A stretch of DNA of 64,000 bases, taken from assembly GCF_041886205.1 (NCBI RefSeq), contig NZ_CP169029.1. One strand, given 5' to 3'. This document shows positions 37,853-48,061 of this stretch, one piece after another. The position numbers were made by a program, and so were the translations under genes. The notes beneath the pieces were generated by a model, which was given only the letters and a program-made list of their open reading frames with translations, did not search any database and was not told where the DNA came from. The stretch's first letter is position 1. Every line of letters begins with the position of its first letter. This stretch comes from Escherichia coli (GTDB lineage: Bacteria; Pseudomonadota; Gammaproteobacteria; Enterobacterales; Enterobacteriaceae).

Positions 37853-38430
37853 TATCCGTTCTTCAGATAATCCAGTATTAATTTGCTATTTTTTAGCTGT
37901 GCAACTATCGATTCCAAAGACATCTCACCATTGTGATCTGCCTGTTCCCATGCCGCGTCATGGCTCATGGTTCTGATAGCTTCAAAGGACATGTTTCCAA
38001 GCATCGCGATAGACTTATCAATACACTCTAAATCTGAGTCACTAAAAAAGTCTTCATCAGCTTCACGGCTCGGCACAATCGTCATACCTGATACAGAAAA
38101 TGCTTTTCGCACAGAATCGACATCACAACCATTAGGAATGTAACGTCCATCTCCACGAGCAATTTTTATAATATCGTATGTGTTGCTTGCTACAGGCCCA
38201 TCCTTCATAGCGTTATAGTGATCGCCCGTTATGAGGCGTCCAAAACTTTCAAGGTGAAACCTGTCAGCATAATAAAGAATTTTTCCGACATGATAGATAT
38301 CTGGGATCGGTGCTTTAGAGGCGACGTACAGAATGGCCTCTAAAGCCTTTTCTGAATCAAACCTTACATTTAGCATCAATACACCCTTCATCCAAACAAC
38401 ATCGTCAAGCTCTGGCAAATGCAACCGCAT
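37849..38430 (-). CDS. Panacea/DUF4065 (SocA-like antitoxin) domain protein; true start may be internal Met
   Basis: Segment ALEAILYVASK...VGKILYYADRFHLESFGRLITGDHYNAMKDGPVASNTY fits the Panacea signature (LQKLLYYAQ...GPV) as recalled. Confidence 0.55.
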   Translation of the reverse strand: MRLHLPELDDVVWMKGVLMLNVRFDSEKALEAILYVASKAPIPDIYHVGKILYYADRFHLESFGRLITGDHYNAMKDGPVASNTYDIIKIARGDGRYIPNGCDVDSVRKAFSVSGMTIVPSREADEDFFSDSDLECIDKSIAMLGNMSFEAIRTMSHDAAWEQADHNGEMSLESIVAQLKNSKLILDYLKNGY

Positions 38431-38549
38431 CCGCCTTCTACAATCTTAAAGTCTTCACCTACGCTAGGTCAATTGAAGTGATGAGCAAATGATGCTTTCT
38501 AAGAAGAACAGGTTCCCAATAGGCTCCCACAAAGTGTATAACTACTTGT

Positions 38550-38675
38550 TTTTCAAAAACGGTACATCCTATCGAGCATTGGTGCAACGCTAAACCGACC
38601 ACTCCAGTGAACGTCAGTTTTTTCAGGCATTGCGCTGGTTTGGTTGATTTTTTGCATTTCAGAATTACCGTGCAT
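38550..38675 (-). pseudogene. dusA: Displaced 5' end of dusA (first ~35 codons) at the prophage attachment junction
   Basis: Minus-strand translation MHGNSEMQKINQTSAMPEKTDVHWSGRFSVAPMLD matches recalled DusA N-terminus, then diverges (RMYRF-stop). Confidence 0.6.
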
Positions 38676-38969
38676 TTTCAAATGTAGAGATTATTTTATC
38701 GATATATCATGGGGTTATGTTATTCAGCATCACTGTTCAGGAGGCTCAATAGCGGGGTACTATACCATAACAACAGGAAGCGCCTGTCTCATTGCAAAAG
38801 AAAATTGAGATCCTCTCAAGGCATGAAGCTCTCACGAAGTGATGGAAATAATCTTATTAGCCGTTAACTTTGTTAAGGCCAATGATAAACAATCCAGGTT
38901 CGACGATAAATAAAAAATCACACATTAAACTCCGGTGATATCTCCCCCTGCTAATAGCATTGATAGAGA

Positions 38970-39003
38970 AAAAAGAACCCAATAAATATTGGGTCCTTTT
39001 ATA
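38970..39003 (-). terminator. Intrinsic terminator downstream of 39038-40024
   Basis: minus strand ggacccaata-ttt-attgggttc hairpin followed by ttttttctc. Confidence 0.55.
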
Positions 39004-39037
39004 TAATGCCTTCCATACTATCGAAGAACTTCACATA

Positions 39038-40024
39038 TTATTTCTCCGATTTAACCCCGAACAAATCATAAATTAATTTAGAAGTGTCTGTAAGTATTTT
39101 AATCTCTTCCTTTGAGGTTGGGTCAAACGACTTCGCGAAGCTAATTAATTGTGGTGCAGCATCTCGCATTTTGCTTAAAATATCAGGATCGAGCGTTCCT
39201 TCATTCACCAGATGTGACATCTTATCCAGATAGCCATCAAAATTCATTTCTCCCCCATCAGCCAGACGCTTCATCTCTCCCAGGTACTTCTTCATATCAC
39301 GTTGAGATAATTTTTCAAACTGAGCTTTCAGGTAGCTCTCATTATTTTCATTAATATACACTGTTTCTGATAAATCTGCGTAGGCACTAGAATATGAAAG
39401 TGAAATTAACAGCGAAGCAAATAATTTTAAGCTGTTGTCATCATGTTCCTGGCAGGCATTAACAAACGTTAAAAAACCAGAACCTATTGCTTGAAAATGT
39501 ATATTCGCTAAAGGTTCATTATCCTTAGATTCCTCATAAAATAGCTGAACCGTGGAGGGAAGGTCATTCTTAGTTTCTACATCAAAAGTACATTGTTCAA
39601 TGGGCATTGCATCTTTATTATCCCCAAGATTACATATACTATTAATCGCGAAATGAAAAATAGCCCGGTCAACAACTGATGCAATAAAGTCACGATCGTT
39701 TAAATCCTCATCAGTGCAATCGTCAATATACTTATTGACCCACATTTTGAGATCATTTATTTGCTTAAGTAACATCACATTTTTTTTACGTGCATGCCAT
39801 AAATTATGCGTGATTCGTTGAATAAACAAATCTATTTTTGCAATAATTATATCCCGATGACGCAGCGCTGCATAATCAATAGATTTACCATATATATTAT
39901 TTAATTTACCTTTGATTGAACCTCTATTATCTAATTTATCTTTGATTGCATCTTCATTATCGAATTGATTTGAATTGAGTGTTTTATTAAAGTATCTAGT
40001 TGCACCGGGTATTATCTTCAACAT
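39038..40024 (-). CDS. AT-rich hypothetical protein on host side of att junction (occupies yjbL/yjbM position next to zur)
   Basis: 328-aa ORF, Asn/Lys/Asp-rich, low GC. Confidence 0.4.
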   Translation of the reverse strand: MLKIIPGATRYFNKTLNSNQFDNEDAIKDKLDNRGSIKGKLNNIYGKSIDYAALRHRDIIIAKIDLFIQRITHNLWHARKKNVMLLKQINDLKMWVNKYIDDCTDEDLNDRDFIASVVDRAIFHFAINSICNLGDNKDAMPIEQCTFDVETKNDLPSTVQLFYEESKDNEPLANIHFQAIGSGFLTFVNACQEHDDNSLKLFASLLISLSYSSAYADLSETVYINENNESYLKAQFEKLSQRDMKKYLGEMKRLADGGEMNFDGYLDKMSHLVNEGTLDPDILSKMRDAAPQLISFAKSFDPTSKEEIKILTDTSKLIYDLFGVKSEK

Positions 40025-40341
40025 GATTCATCTACCTTTTTTGTCGTACCGTGTCCTCCTTATAATTCTTTTGCCATCTGGTCACTATCAAAAATCGCTC
40101 ATAATTTCTGAACTACAGGTATGCGTTTAAACCCAGTTAAATAAATAGCGAGTTAACTTGAAGCAATTTATTTAAAAATGAATTATTAATTATTATCGTG
40201 TTGATAATGGTACGACAAGGCAACACAACACCTTACCTACAAAACAGAAAATCAACATTACGGCAACAATAAGGGTTCTCGGTGTTTTTCCTGGAACATG
40301 GTAAAGTAAGGACATTCTTAACCCCCACTTTGAGGTGCCCG

Positions 40342-40857
40342 ATGGAAAAGACCACAACGCAGGAGTTATTAGCGCAGGCTGAAAAAATCTGCGCGCAGCG
40401 TAATGTGCGCCTGACCCCACAGCGCCTGGAAGTGTTGCGCCTGATGAGTCTGCAGGATGGCGCTATCAGCGCTTATGATCTGCTTGATTTACTGCGCGAA
40501 GCTGAACCGCAAGCCAAGCCGCCAACGGTTTATCGCGCGCTGGATTTTCTGCTTGAGCAAGGTTTTGTGCATAAGGTGGAATCCACCAACAGTTATGTGC
40601 TCTGTCATCTGTTCGACCAGCCCACCCATACGTCAGCCATGTTTATTTGCGATCGCTGCGGCGCGGTGAAAGAAGAGTGTGCTGAAGGCGTGGAAGACAT
40701 CATGCATACGTTGGCGGCAAAAATGGGTTTTGCCCTGCGGCATAATGTGATTGAAGCACATGGGCTCTGTGCGGCATGCGTGGAAGTGGAAGCGTGTCGT
40801 CATCCTGAACAGTGCCAGCATGATCACTCTGTGCAGGTGAAAAAGAAACCGCGTTAA
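40342..40857 (+). CDS. zur: Zinc uptake regulator Zur
   Basis: 171 aa from MEKTTTQELL...; Fur-family; ORF-track start 40282 is an upstream extension. Confidence 0.9.
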   Translation: MEKTTTQELLAQAEKICAQRNVRLTPQRLEVLRLMSLQDGAISAYDLLDLLREAEPQAKPPTVYRALDFLLEQGFVHKVESTNSYVLCHLFDQPTHTSAMFICDRCGAVKEECAEGVEDIMHTLAAKMGFALRHNVIEAHGLCAACVEVEACRHPEQCQHDHSVQVKKKPR

Positions 40858-40898
40858 GAGGGCGTACATCCTTGTACACGTCGGGCAGGAGGGATTAA

Positions 40899-41108
40899 TT
40901 ACCAGCGATATTCATTGCGGGTTTCCCAATCCACGACCTCTTTTTCTGCCTGATCTTTCTGATAACCATAACGTTCCTGGATTTTACCGACCAGTTGATC
41001 ACGTTTACCTTCAATGATCGTCATATCATCATCGGTCAGTTTGCCCCATTGCTCTTTCACTTTACCTTTAAACTGTTTCCAGTTACCGCCGGCTTCATCT
41101 TTATTCAT
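40899..41108 (-). CDS. yjbJ: CsbD-like stress protein YjbJ
   Basis: 69 aa MNKDEAGGNWKQFKGKVKEQWGKLTDDD... Confidence 0.85.
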   Translation of the reverse strand: MNKDEAGGNWKQFKGKVKEQWGKLTDDDMTIIEGKRDQLVGKIQERYGYQKDQAEKEVVDWETRNEYRW

Positions 41109-41223
41109 AATCAAGACCTCATCGTTAGGTTGTGAATAAGAGTACGTTCACTTTTCTTCTGAACGTGAGATTAAGTGTAGTCAGCAATTTGGCTTAGGAT
41201 TATTTATTCAGAATTTTTAACCG

Positions 41224-42603
41224 TCACGTTGCGGCAAACCAGGTACCGTTGCGCCAGTGACGCCGCCAGATAGCCGCCAGAGAAAGCCCGCGCAACGCCA
41301 GAAAGACGGTTAATGCCAGCCACAAACCATGATTACCCAGCCACGGCAGCGTAAGGAGCGTCAGCGCAAAACCTGCGGCGGCCACCGCCATACTGTTACG
41401 CATTTCGGCGGCACGCGTTGCGCCTATAAACATGCCGTCCAGCAGATAACACCAGACGCCAACCAACGGCAAAATCACCTGCCAGATAAGATAGCGGTCG
41501 GCCAGCTCCTGAATCTGGGTTAACGACGTCAGTAACGCAATGATGTGTTCCCCTGCCAGCAAATAAACCACCGAAAACAGTAGCGCTACGATCCCCGACT
41601 GGCGGCACGCTGCCCGCCAGACATCCAGCAACTGGCTACCGTCGCGCGCACCGTATGCCTGACCGGAATGTGCTTCAACCGCGTAGGCAAAACCATCCAG
41701 CGCATAGGCGGTAAAGGTGAGTAGCGTCATCAGAACCGCGTTAACAGCGATAATGTCACTCCCCAGTCGCGCACCAAGTACGGTGATCGCGCCGAAACAG
41801 AGTTGCAACAACAGCGAACGCAGCATGATATCGCGGTTAAGCGCCAGCAAGCGACGGAAGTTTCCTCGCCAGGCAGTTTTCAGCATTTCGCCGGAAATTC
41901 CGCGTAGTTTGAGGATTTTACGCACCATTAGCAGACCAATCAGCAATGTTGCATATTCCGCAATAACCGTCGCCAGCGCCGCGCCCTGCACGTTCATATG
42001 CAGCCCCATCACCAGCCAGACATCCAGCACAATGTTGAGGATATTGCCGACCACTAACAAAATTACTGGCGCACGGGCATATTGCACGCCGAGTAACCAA
42101 CCGAGTAATACCAGATTCGCCAGCGACGCCGGAGCGCTTAACCAGCGGATTTCAAGAAAGCGCCGCGCCTGTTCCAGGACCGCTTCACTACCGCCAACAA
42201 TATGCAGCGCCAGATCGATAATCGGTGTACGCAGCAGCGCAATTAACGCCCCAGCCCCCAACGCCAACAGCAACGGTTGCACCAGCGCACGGGCTAATGC
42301 CTGAGGATTTTTGGCACCATAAGCCTGCGCAGTCAGCCCGGTGGTGCTCATGCGTAAAAACAGCAACAGCATAAAGAGAAAGCTGGTCGCCGTTGCACCA
42401 ACCGCCACGCCGCCCAAATAAACCGGGCTATCAAGATGACCAATTACCGCCGTATCGACCAGTCCCAGCAACGGAACGGTGATATTGGAGAAAATCATGG
42501 GTAAGGCGAGATGCCAGAGTGCTTTATCAGATGAAGTGAGGAATGCCATGCAGACAAGCCTGATGAAGAGAGATGAAAAACAAACCGCGACGCCTGGCGG
42601 CAT
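41224..42603 (-). CDS. dinF: MATE-family efflux protein DinF
   Basis: 459 aa polytopic membrane protein immediately downstream of lexA. Confidence 0.85.
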   Translation of the reverse strand: MPPGVAVCFSSLFIRLVCMAFLTSSDKALWHLALPMIFSNITVPLLGLVDTAVIGHLDSPVYLGGVAVGATATSFLFMLLLFLRMSTTGLTAQAYGAKNPQALARALVQPLLLALGAGALIALLRTPIIDLALHIVGGSEAVLEQARRFLEIRWLSAPASLANLVLLGWLLGVQYARAPVILLVVGNILNIVLDVWLVMGLHMNVQGAALATVIAEYATLLIGLLMVRKILKLRGISGEMLKTAWRGNFRRLLALNRDIMLRSLLLQLCFGAITVLGARLGSDIIAVNAVLMTLLTFTAYALDGFAYAVEAHSGQAYGARDGSQLLDVWRAACRQSGIVALLFSVVYLLAGEHIIALLTSLTQIQELADRYLIWQVILPLVGVWCYLLDGMFIGATRAAEMRNSMAVAAAGFALTLLTLPWLGNHGLWLALTVFLALRGLSLAAIWRRHWRNGTWFAAT

Positions 42604-42621
42604 CGCGGTCTCAGAGATATG

Positions 42622-43230
42622 TTACAGCCAGTCGCCGTTGCGAATAACCCCAACCGCCAGCCCTTCAATGGTGAAGCTCTGCTGACGAAGGTCAACGACA
42701 ATTGGTTTAAACTCGCTATTTTCTGGCAACAGTTCGACTTTATTGCCCTGTTTTTTCAGGCGCTTAACGGTAACTTCGTCATCAATACGTGCGACAACGA
42801 CCTGACCGTTACGTACATCCTGAGTTTTATGCACTGCCAGCAAGTCGCCATCCATAATGCCGATATCTTTCATCGACATCCCGCTGACGCGCAGCAGGAA
42901 ATCAGCATTCGGCTTGAACAAGGAAGGATCGACCTGATAATGACCTTCAATATGCTGTTGCGCCAGAAGCGGTTCACCGGCAGCCACACGACCTACCAGC
43001 GGCAACCCTTCTTCCTCTTCCTGCAACAGACGAATCCCGCGTGATGCGCCGGAAACAATTTCAATAACGCCTTTGCGTGCCAGCGCCTTCAGATGTTCTT
43101 CAGCCGCGTTTGGGGAACGGAACCCCAAACGCTGCGCGATTTCCGCACGCGTCGGCGGCATACCTGTCTGGCTGATGTGATCACGGATGAGATCAAACAC
43201 CTCTTGTTGCCTGGCCGTTAACGCTTTCAT
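42622..43230 (-). CDS. lexA: LexA SOS repressor
   Basis: 202 aa [69 protein letters not shown]... Confidence 0.95.
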   Translation of the reverse strand: MKALTARQQEVFDLIRDHISQTGMPPTRAEIAQRLGFRSPNAAEEHLKALARKGVIEIVSGASRGIRLLQEEEEGLPLVGRVAAGEPLLAQQHIEGHYQVDPSLFKPNADFLLRVSGMSMKDIGIMDGDLLAVHKTQDVRNGQVVVARIDDEVTVKRLKKQGNKVELLPENSEFKPIVVDLRQQSFTIEGLAVGVIRNGDWL

Positions 43231-43238
43231 TCCGCCCC

Positions 43239-43275
43239 CTGGGTGTATATACAGTTATGCTGTGAGTATATACAG
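43239..43275 (-). promoter_or_regulatory. Two LexA boxes (CTGT-N8-ACAG) in lexA promoter
   Basis: ctgggtgtatatacag (43239-43254) and ctgtgagtatatacag (43260-43275). Confidence 0.85.
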
Positions 43276-43339
43276 CAAAAGGCGATTTTGGAACCATAAA
43301 CTGCACAATAAACCAGAGATTTATCGAAATCTGGAAGGG

Positions 43340-43708
43340 TTATCCAAAATGCGACCATAACAGGATGCACCAGGTTATCACGGCGACGATAATCGCAATC
43401 AGCACCGCGGCGGATCCCATATCTTTAGCGCGTCCGGAAAGCTCATGGTATTCAGAGCCAATTCGGTCAACCACTGCTTCGATGGCGCTATTGAGGATTT
43501 CCACAATCATCACCAGCATCACGGAGCTGATAAGCAGCACGCGGGTAATTGCGTCCACATCCAGCCAGCAGGCGATGACCACCGCCAACAATACCGCTAC
43601 GCCTTCCTGACGGAATGCCGCTTCGTTGATCCATGCAGCGCGTAAACCTTTCCAGGAATAGCCAGCAGCTTTGATAATTCGGGTGAATCCAGTGGTATTA
43701 TTGGCCAT
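43340..43708 (-). CDS. dgkA: Diacylglycerol kinase
   Basis: 122 aa MANNTTGFTRIIKAAGYSWKGLRAAW... Confidence 0.9.
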   Translation of the reverse strand: MANNTTGFTRIIKAAGYSWKGLRAAWINEAAFRQEGVAVLLAVVIACWLDVDAITRVLLISSVMLVMIVEILNSAIEAVVDRIGSEYHELSGRAKDMGSAAVLIAIIVAVITWCILLWSHFG

Positions 43709-43878
43709 TGAAAGAACCTTTTTACATTATGAGCGTCAATATCAGTGTACCGTTAAATCCGATGATTCGGGTTTGCGTAACGCCGCGCGAAACATGAGCG
43801 GATACCACAGAATTTCACATGACTTTCTGCTATCCTTGCCGCGCATTTGCATTATTAACCAGAGGCTTTACATCGTTT

Positions 43879-46302
43879 ATGTCCGGCTGGCCACGAATTT
43901 ACTACAAATTACTGAATTTACCATTAAGCATCCTGGTAAAAAGCAAGTCTATTCCGGCAGATCCTGCCCCGGAACTGGGGCTGGATACCTCTCGTCCAAT
44001 TATGTACGTTTTACCGTACAACTCGAAAGCAGATTTGCTGACGTTACGCGCCCAGTGTCTGGCTCATGACTTGCCTGACCCGTTAGAGCCGCTGGAAATC
44101 GACGGCACGCTACTGCCGCGCTATGTGTTCATTCACGGCGGGCCGCGTGTATTCACCTATTACACGCCGAAAGAAGAGTCTATTAAGCTGTTCCACGACT
44201 ATCTCGATTTGCACCGTAGCAACCCAAATCTGGATGTGCAGATGGTGCCAGTATCGGTGATGTTTGGTCGCGCGCCGGGGCGTGAAAAAGGCGAAGTAAA
44301 CCCGCCGCTGCGTATGCTTAACGGCGTACAGAAATTTTTCGCCGTACTGTGGCTCGGTCGCGACAGTTTTGTGCGTTTCTCGCCGTCAGTTTCGCTGCGC
44401 CGTATGGCGGATGAACACGGCACGGATAAAACTATCGCACAGAAACTGGCGCGCGTGGCGCGTATGCACTTTGCCCGTCAACGTCTGGCTGCTGTGGGCC
44501 CACGTCTGCCTGCTCGTCAGGATCTGTTTAATAAGCTGCTCGCCTCCCGCGCCATTGCCAAAGCGGTAGAAGATGAAGCGCGCAGCAAAAAAATCTCCCA
44601 TGAAAAAGCGCAGCAGAACGCGATTGCGCTGATGGAAGAGATTGCGGCGAATTTCTCTTACGAGATGATTCGCCTGACTGACCGTATTCTGGGCTTCACC
44701 TGGAACCGCCTTTACCAGGGCATCAACGTCCATAACGCCGAGCGCGTTCGCCAGCTGGCCCACGACGGTCATGAGCTGGTATATGTGCCTTGCCACCGCA
44801 GCCACATGGACTACCTGCTGCTTTCTTACGTGCTGTATCACCAGGGGCTGGTGCCGCCGCATATCGCCGCTGGGATCAACCTGAACTTCTGGCCGGCCGG
44901 GCCGATTTTCCGCCGTCTGGGAGCGTTCTTTATTCGCCGTACTTTTAAAGGCAATAAACTTTATTCCACCGTTTTCCGTGAGTATCTCGGCGAACTGTTC
45001 AGCCGTGGTTATTCCGTCGAGTACTTCGTGGAAGGCGGTCGTTCCCGCACGGGGCGTTTGCTGGATCCGAAAACCGGTACGCTGTCGATGACCATTCAGG
45101 CGATGCTGCGTGGCGGCACGCGTCCGATTACGCTGATTCCGATCTACATCGGTTATGAGCACGTCATGGAAGTGGGTACTTACGCCAAAGAACTGCGCGG
45201 CGCGACGAAAGAGAAAGAGAGCCTGCCGCAGATGCTGCGCGGTTTAAGCAAGCTGCGTAATCTCGGTCAGGGTTACGTCAACTTCGGTGAACCAATGCCG
45301 TTGATGACCTACCTTAACCAGCACGTACCAGACTGGCGTGAATCTATCGATCCCATCGAAGCGGTGCGTCCGGCATGGTTAACGCCGACGGTCAATAATA
45401 TTGCTGCCGATCTGATGGTACGCATTAACAACGCAGGCGCGGCAAACGCCATGAACCTGTGCTGTACTGCGCTTCTGGCGTCACGTCAGCGCTCACTCAC
45501 CCGCGAGCAGTTAACCGAGCAACTCAACTGCTACCTGGATCTGATGCGCAACGTACCTTACTCCACGGACTCTACCGTTCCTTCAGCCAGCGCCAGCGAG
45601 CTTATCGATCACGCGCTGCAAATGAACAAGTTTGAAGTCGAGAAAGACACAATCGGCGACATCATCATTCTGCCGCGCGAGCAAGCGGTGCTGATGACCT
45701 ACTATCGCAACAACATTGCGCATATGTTGGTGCTGCCTTCGCTGATGGCGGCAATCGTCACCCAGCATCGCCACATCTCCCGCGACGTATTGATGGAGCA
45801 CGTCAATGTGCTTTACCCAATGCTGAAAGCGGAGCTGTTCCTGCGCTGGGATCGCGACGAGTTGCCGGACGTTATTGATGCGCTGGCAAATGAGATGCAA
45901 CGTCAGGGGCTGATTACCCTGCAAGATGATGAGTTGCATATCAACCCGGCGCATTCTCGCACGCTACAGCTGCTGGCCGCAGGCGCGCGCGAAACGCTGC
46001 AACGTTATGCCATCACCTTCTGGTTGTTGAGTGCCAACCCGTCGATCAACCGCGGTACGCTGGAGAAAGAGAGCCGCACCGTCGCGCAACGTCTCTCCGT
46101 GCTGCACGGCATCAACGCGCCGGAGTTCTTCGACAAGGCGGTGTTCAGTTCTCTGGTGCTGACACTGCGTGATGAAGGGTATATCAGCGATAGCGGCGAT
46201 GCCGAACCGGCAGAAACGATGAAGGTTTATCAGTTGCTGGCGGAGTTGATTACATCAGACGTGCGTTTGACGATTGAGAGTGCGACGCAGGGCGAAGGGT
46301 AA
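43879..46302 (+). CDS. plsB: Glycerol-3-phosphate acyltransferase PlsB
   Basis: ~807 aa from [16 protein letters not shown]; HxxxxD acyltransferase motif ([10 protein letters not shown]); ORF-track start 43819 is upstream extension. Confidence 0.9.
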
Positions 46303-46313
46303 TCAGAGAGAAT

Positions 46314-46449
46314 TGCCGGATGCGGCGAAAACGCCTTATCCGGCCTTCCATAATCTGCAAATTCAATAAATTGCGATCTGTTGTGTAGGCCTGAGAAGCG
46401 CCGCGCATCAGGCAACCCAGAAGAAAGCCGGATGATCATCCGGCTTTTT
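46314..46449. repeat. REP/BIME elements plus hairpin terminator between plsB and ubiA
   Basis: gccggatgcggcg...cgccttatccggcc REP consensus; agccggatgatcatccggctttttt hairpin. Confidence 0.65.
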
Positions 46450-46456
46450 TACATCA

Positions 46457-47329
46457 TCAGAAATGCCAGTAACTCATTGCCAGCCCTAAAAATAGTACCA
46501 GACCAACATAGTTATTATTCATAAATGCTTTAAAGCAGGCTTCACGCTCGCGGTTGGCAATCAGTTTTTGTTGATAAACAAACAGCGCGCCAGCCACCAG
46601 AATTGACCAGTAATATCCCCAGCCTAAGCCATTTAACTCACCGATGATCGCCATCAGTGCCAGTACGCCAATCTGCAAAATACCAATAATCAATTTATCG
46701 TATTGGCCGAACAGGATTGCCGTGGATTTAATGCCAATCTTCACATCATCATCGCGGTCAACCATCGCATACTGCGTGTCGTAAGCCACCGCCCAGAGAA
46801 TATTGGCGAGGAACATTAACCAGCAACTCAATGGCACCGACTCACTCACAGCGGCAAAAGCCATTGGAATCGACCAGCCAAACGCCGCGCCCAGCACCAC
46901 TTGCGGTAGATGGGTATACCGCTTCATAAACGGGTACACCCACGCCAGCGCTAGCGCGGCAATCGACAACAGAATGGTCATCGTATTCAGCGTCAGCACC
47001 AGTAAAAACGAAATCAGTACCAGCACGACAAACAGCGCGCGCGCCTCTTTCTCTGTTACCGCGCCGCTGGGAAGTGGTCGGTTCGCCGTGCGCTTAACAT
47101 GACCATCAAACTTGCGGTCAGCATAATCATTCACCACACATCCGGCAGCGCGCATCAGCCAGACACCCGCGACAAACACCGCCAGGATCCAGAGCTGGGG
47201 AACGCCCGGTGTCGCCACCCACAACGCCCATAATGTTGGCCAGAGCAGCAGTAACGCGCCAATTGGCTTATCCGTACGCATTAAGCGATGAAACGCCAGC
47301 AGCTTATTCTGCGTCAGACTCCACTCCAT
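46457..47329 (-). CDS. ubiA: 4-hydroxybenzoate octaprenyltransferase UbiA
   Basis: 290 aa [28 protein letters not shown]... Confidence 0.9.
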
Positions 47330-47341
47330 ATTTTTTTCCTC

Positions 47342-47839
47342 TTAGTACAACGGTGACGCCGGTAAAAACAGTTCTGTTAACAACAGCGGTTTACCGCTTA
47401 ATCGCAGGCGGGAACGTCGCCCCCACAGCCCGGCATCACGGCCTATCTCAATAAAGTCCCGGGTTAATGTCGATGATGTGAACAGATAGCGTCCTAACGG
47501 CGTTTTACCCAATTTTTGTAACGCCAGCTCCGGCCCGCTTAACGTTGACACAGGAACGACGGTACGACCGGCAAGCCACGGTTCACCATCGGCACATAAC
47601 AAAATTTCACGTAACCAGTAACGAGACTCTTTCGGCAGCAGCGGCAGTTCTTCGGGGATTTCATTCTGCTCGACAAACCCTTCGCGGATCATCGTCACGC
47701 TTACCGTTTTTCCCTGCTGTTCAAAACGTTTTGTCATGGAATCCTCCAGCAACAGCCAGTCGAGCAGTTGCGGTTCCAGGGCAGGGATCTCTTTAAAATA
47801 GCGCAGCGCACGCAGTTGCGTTAACGCGGGGTGTGACAT
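47342..47839 (-). CDS. ubiC: Chorismate pyruvate-lyase UbiC
   Basis: 165 aa from [19 protein letters not shown]; ORF-track ORF extends upstream to 47950. Confidence 0.9.
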   Translation of the reverse strand: MSHPALTQLRALRYFKEIPALEPQLLDWLLLEDSMTKRFEQQGKTVSVTMIREGFVEQNEIPEELPLLPKESRYWLREILLCADGEPWLAGRTVVPVSTLSGPELALQKLGKTPLGRYLFTSSTLTRDFIEIGRDAGLWGRRSRLRLSGKPLLLTELFLPASPLY

Positions 47840-48061
47840 GCCGAACTCTCCGTTACATAACGTAAAGGCATTGTATCGCAGAAAAGTGTTTACGGGAGAT
47901 GTAAAGCAAATTAAGTGATCTAATGCGCAACAAAAACGCAACAATCGCATGAAGTGGTAAAACGCTGTTGAACCTTACGCTTTGCCGATGCCCGTGCTGG
48001 CGAGGGCAACCATAGGGGCATCACCGCCCATGATGCCAGGAACGGTGATGTTTTCCTTTAC

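Noticed and set aside
38676-39037. AT-rich 360-bp gap examined for small ORFs, tRNA or ncRNA
   Set aside because: Only very short ORFs (<20 codons) and no tRNA signature; most simply the original dusA promoter region plus the terminator of the upstream host gene.
40282-40341. N-terminal extension of zur in the ORF track
   Set aside because: Recalled Zur starts MEKTTTQELL; the upstream in-frame Met lies in the promoter region.
47840-47950. N-terminal extension of ubiC in the ORF track (start at 47950)
   Set aside because: Recalled UbiC begins [14 protein letters not shown] (165 aa); the upstream Met gives an unsupported 37-aa extension.
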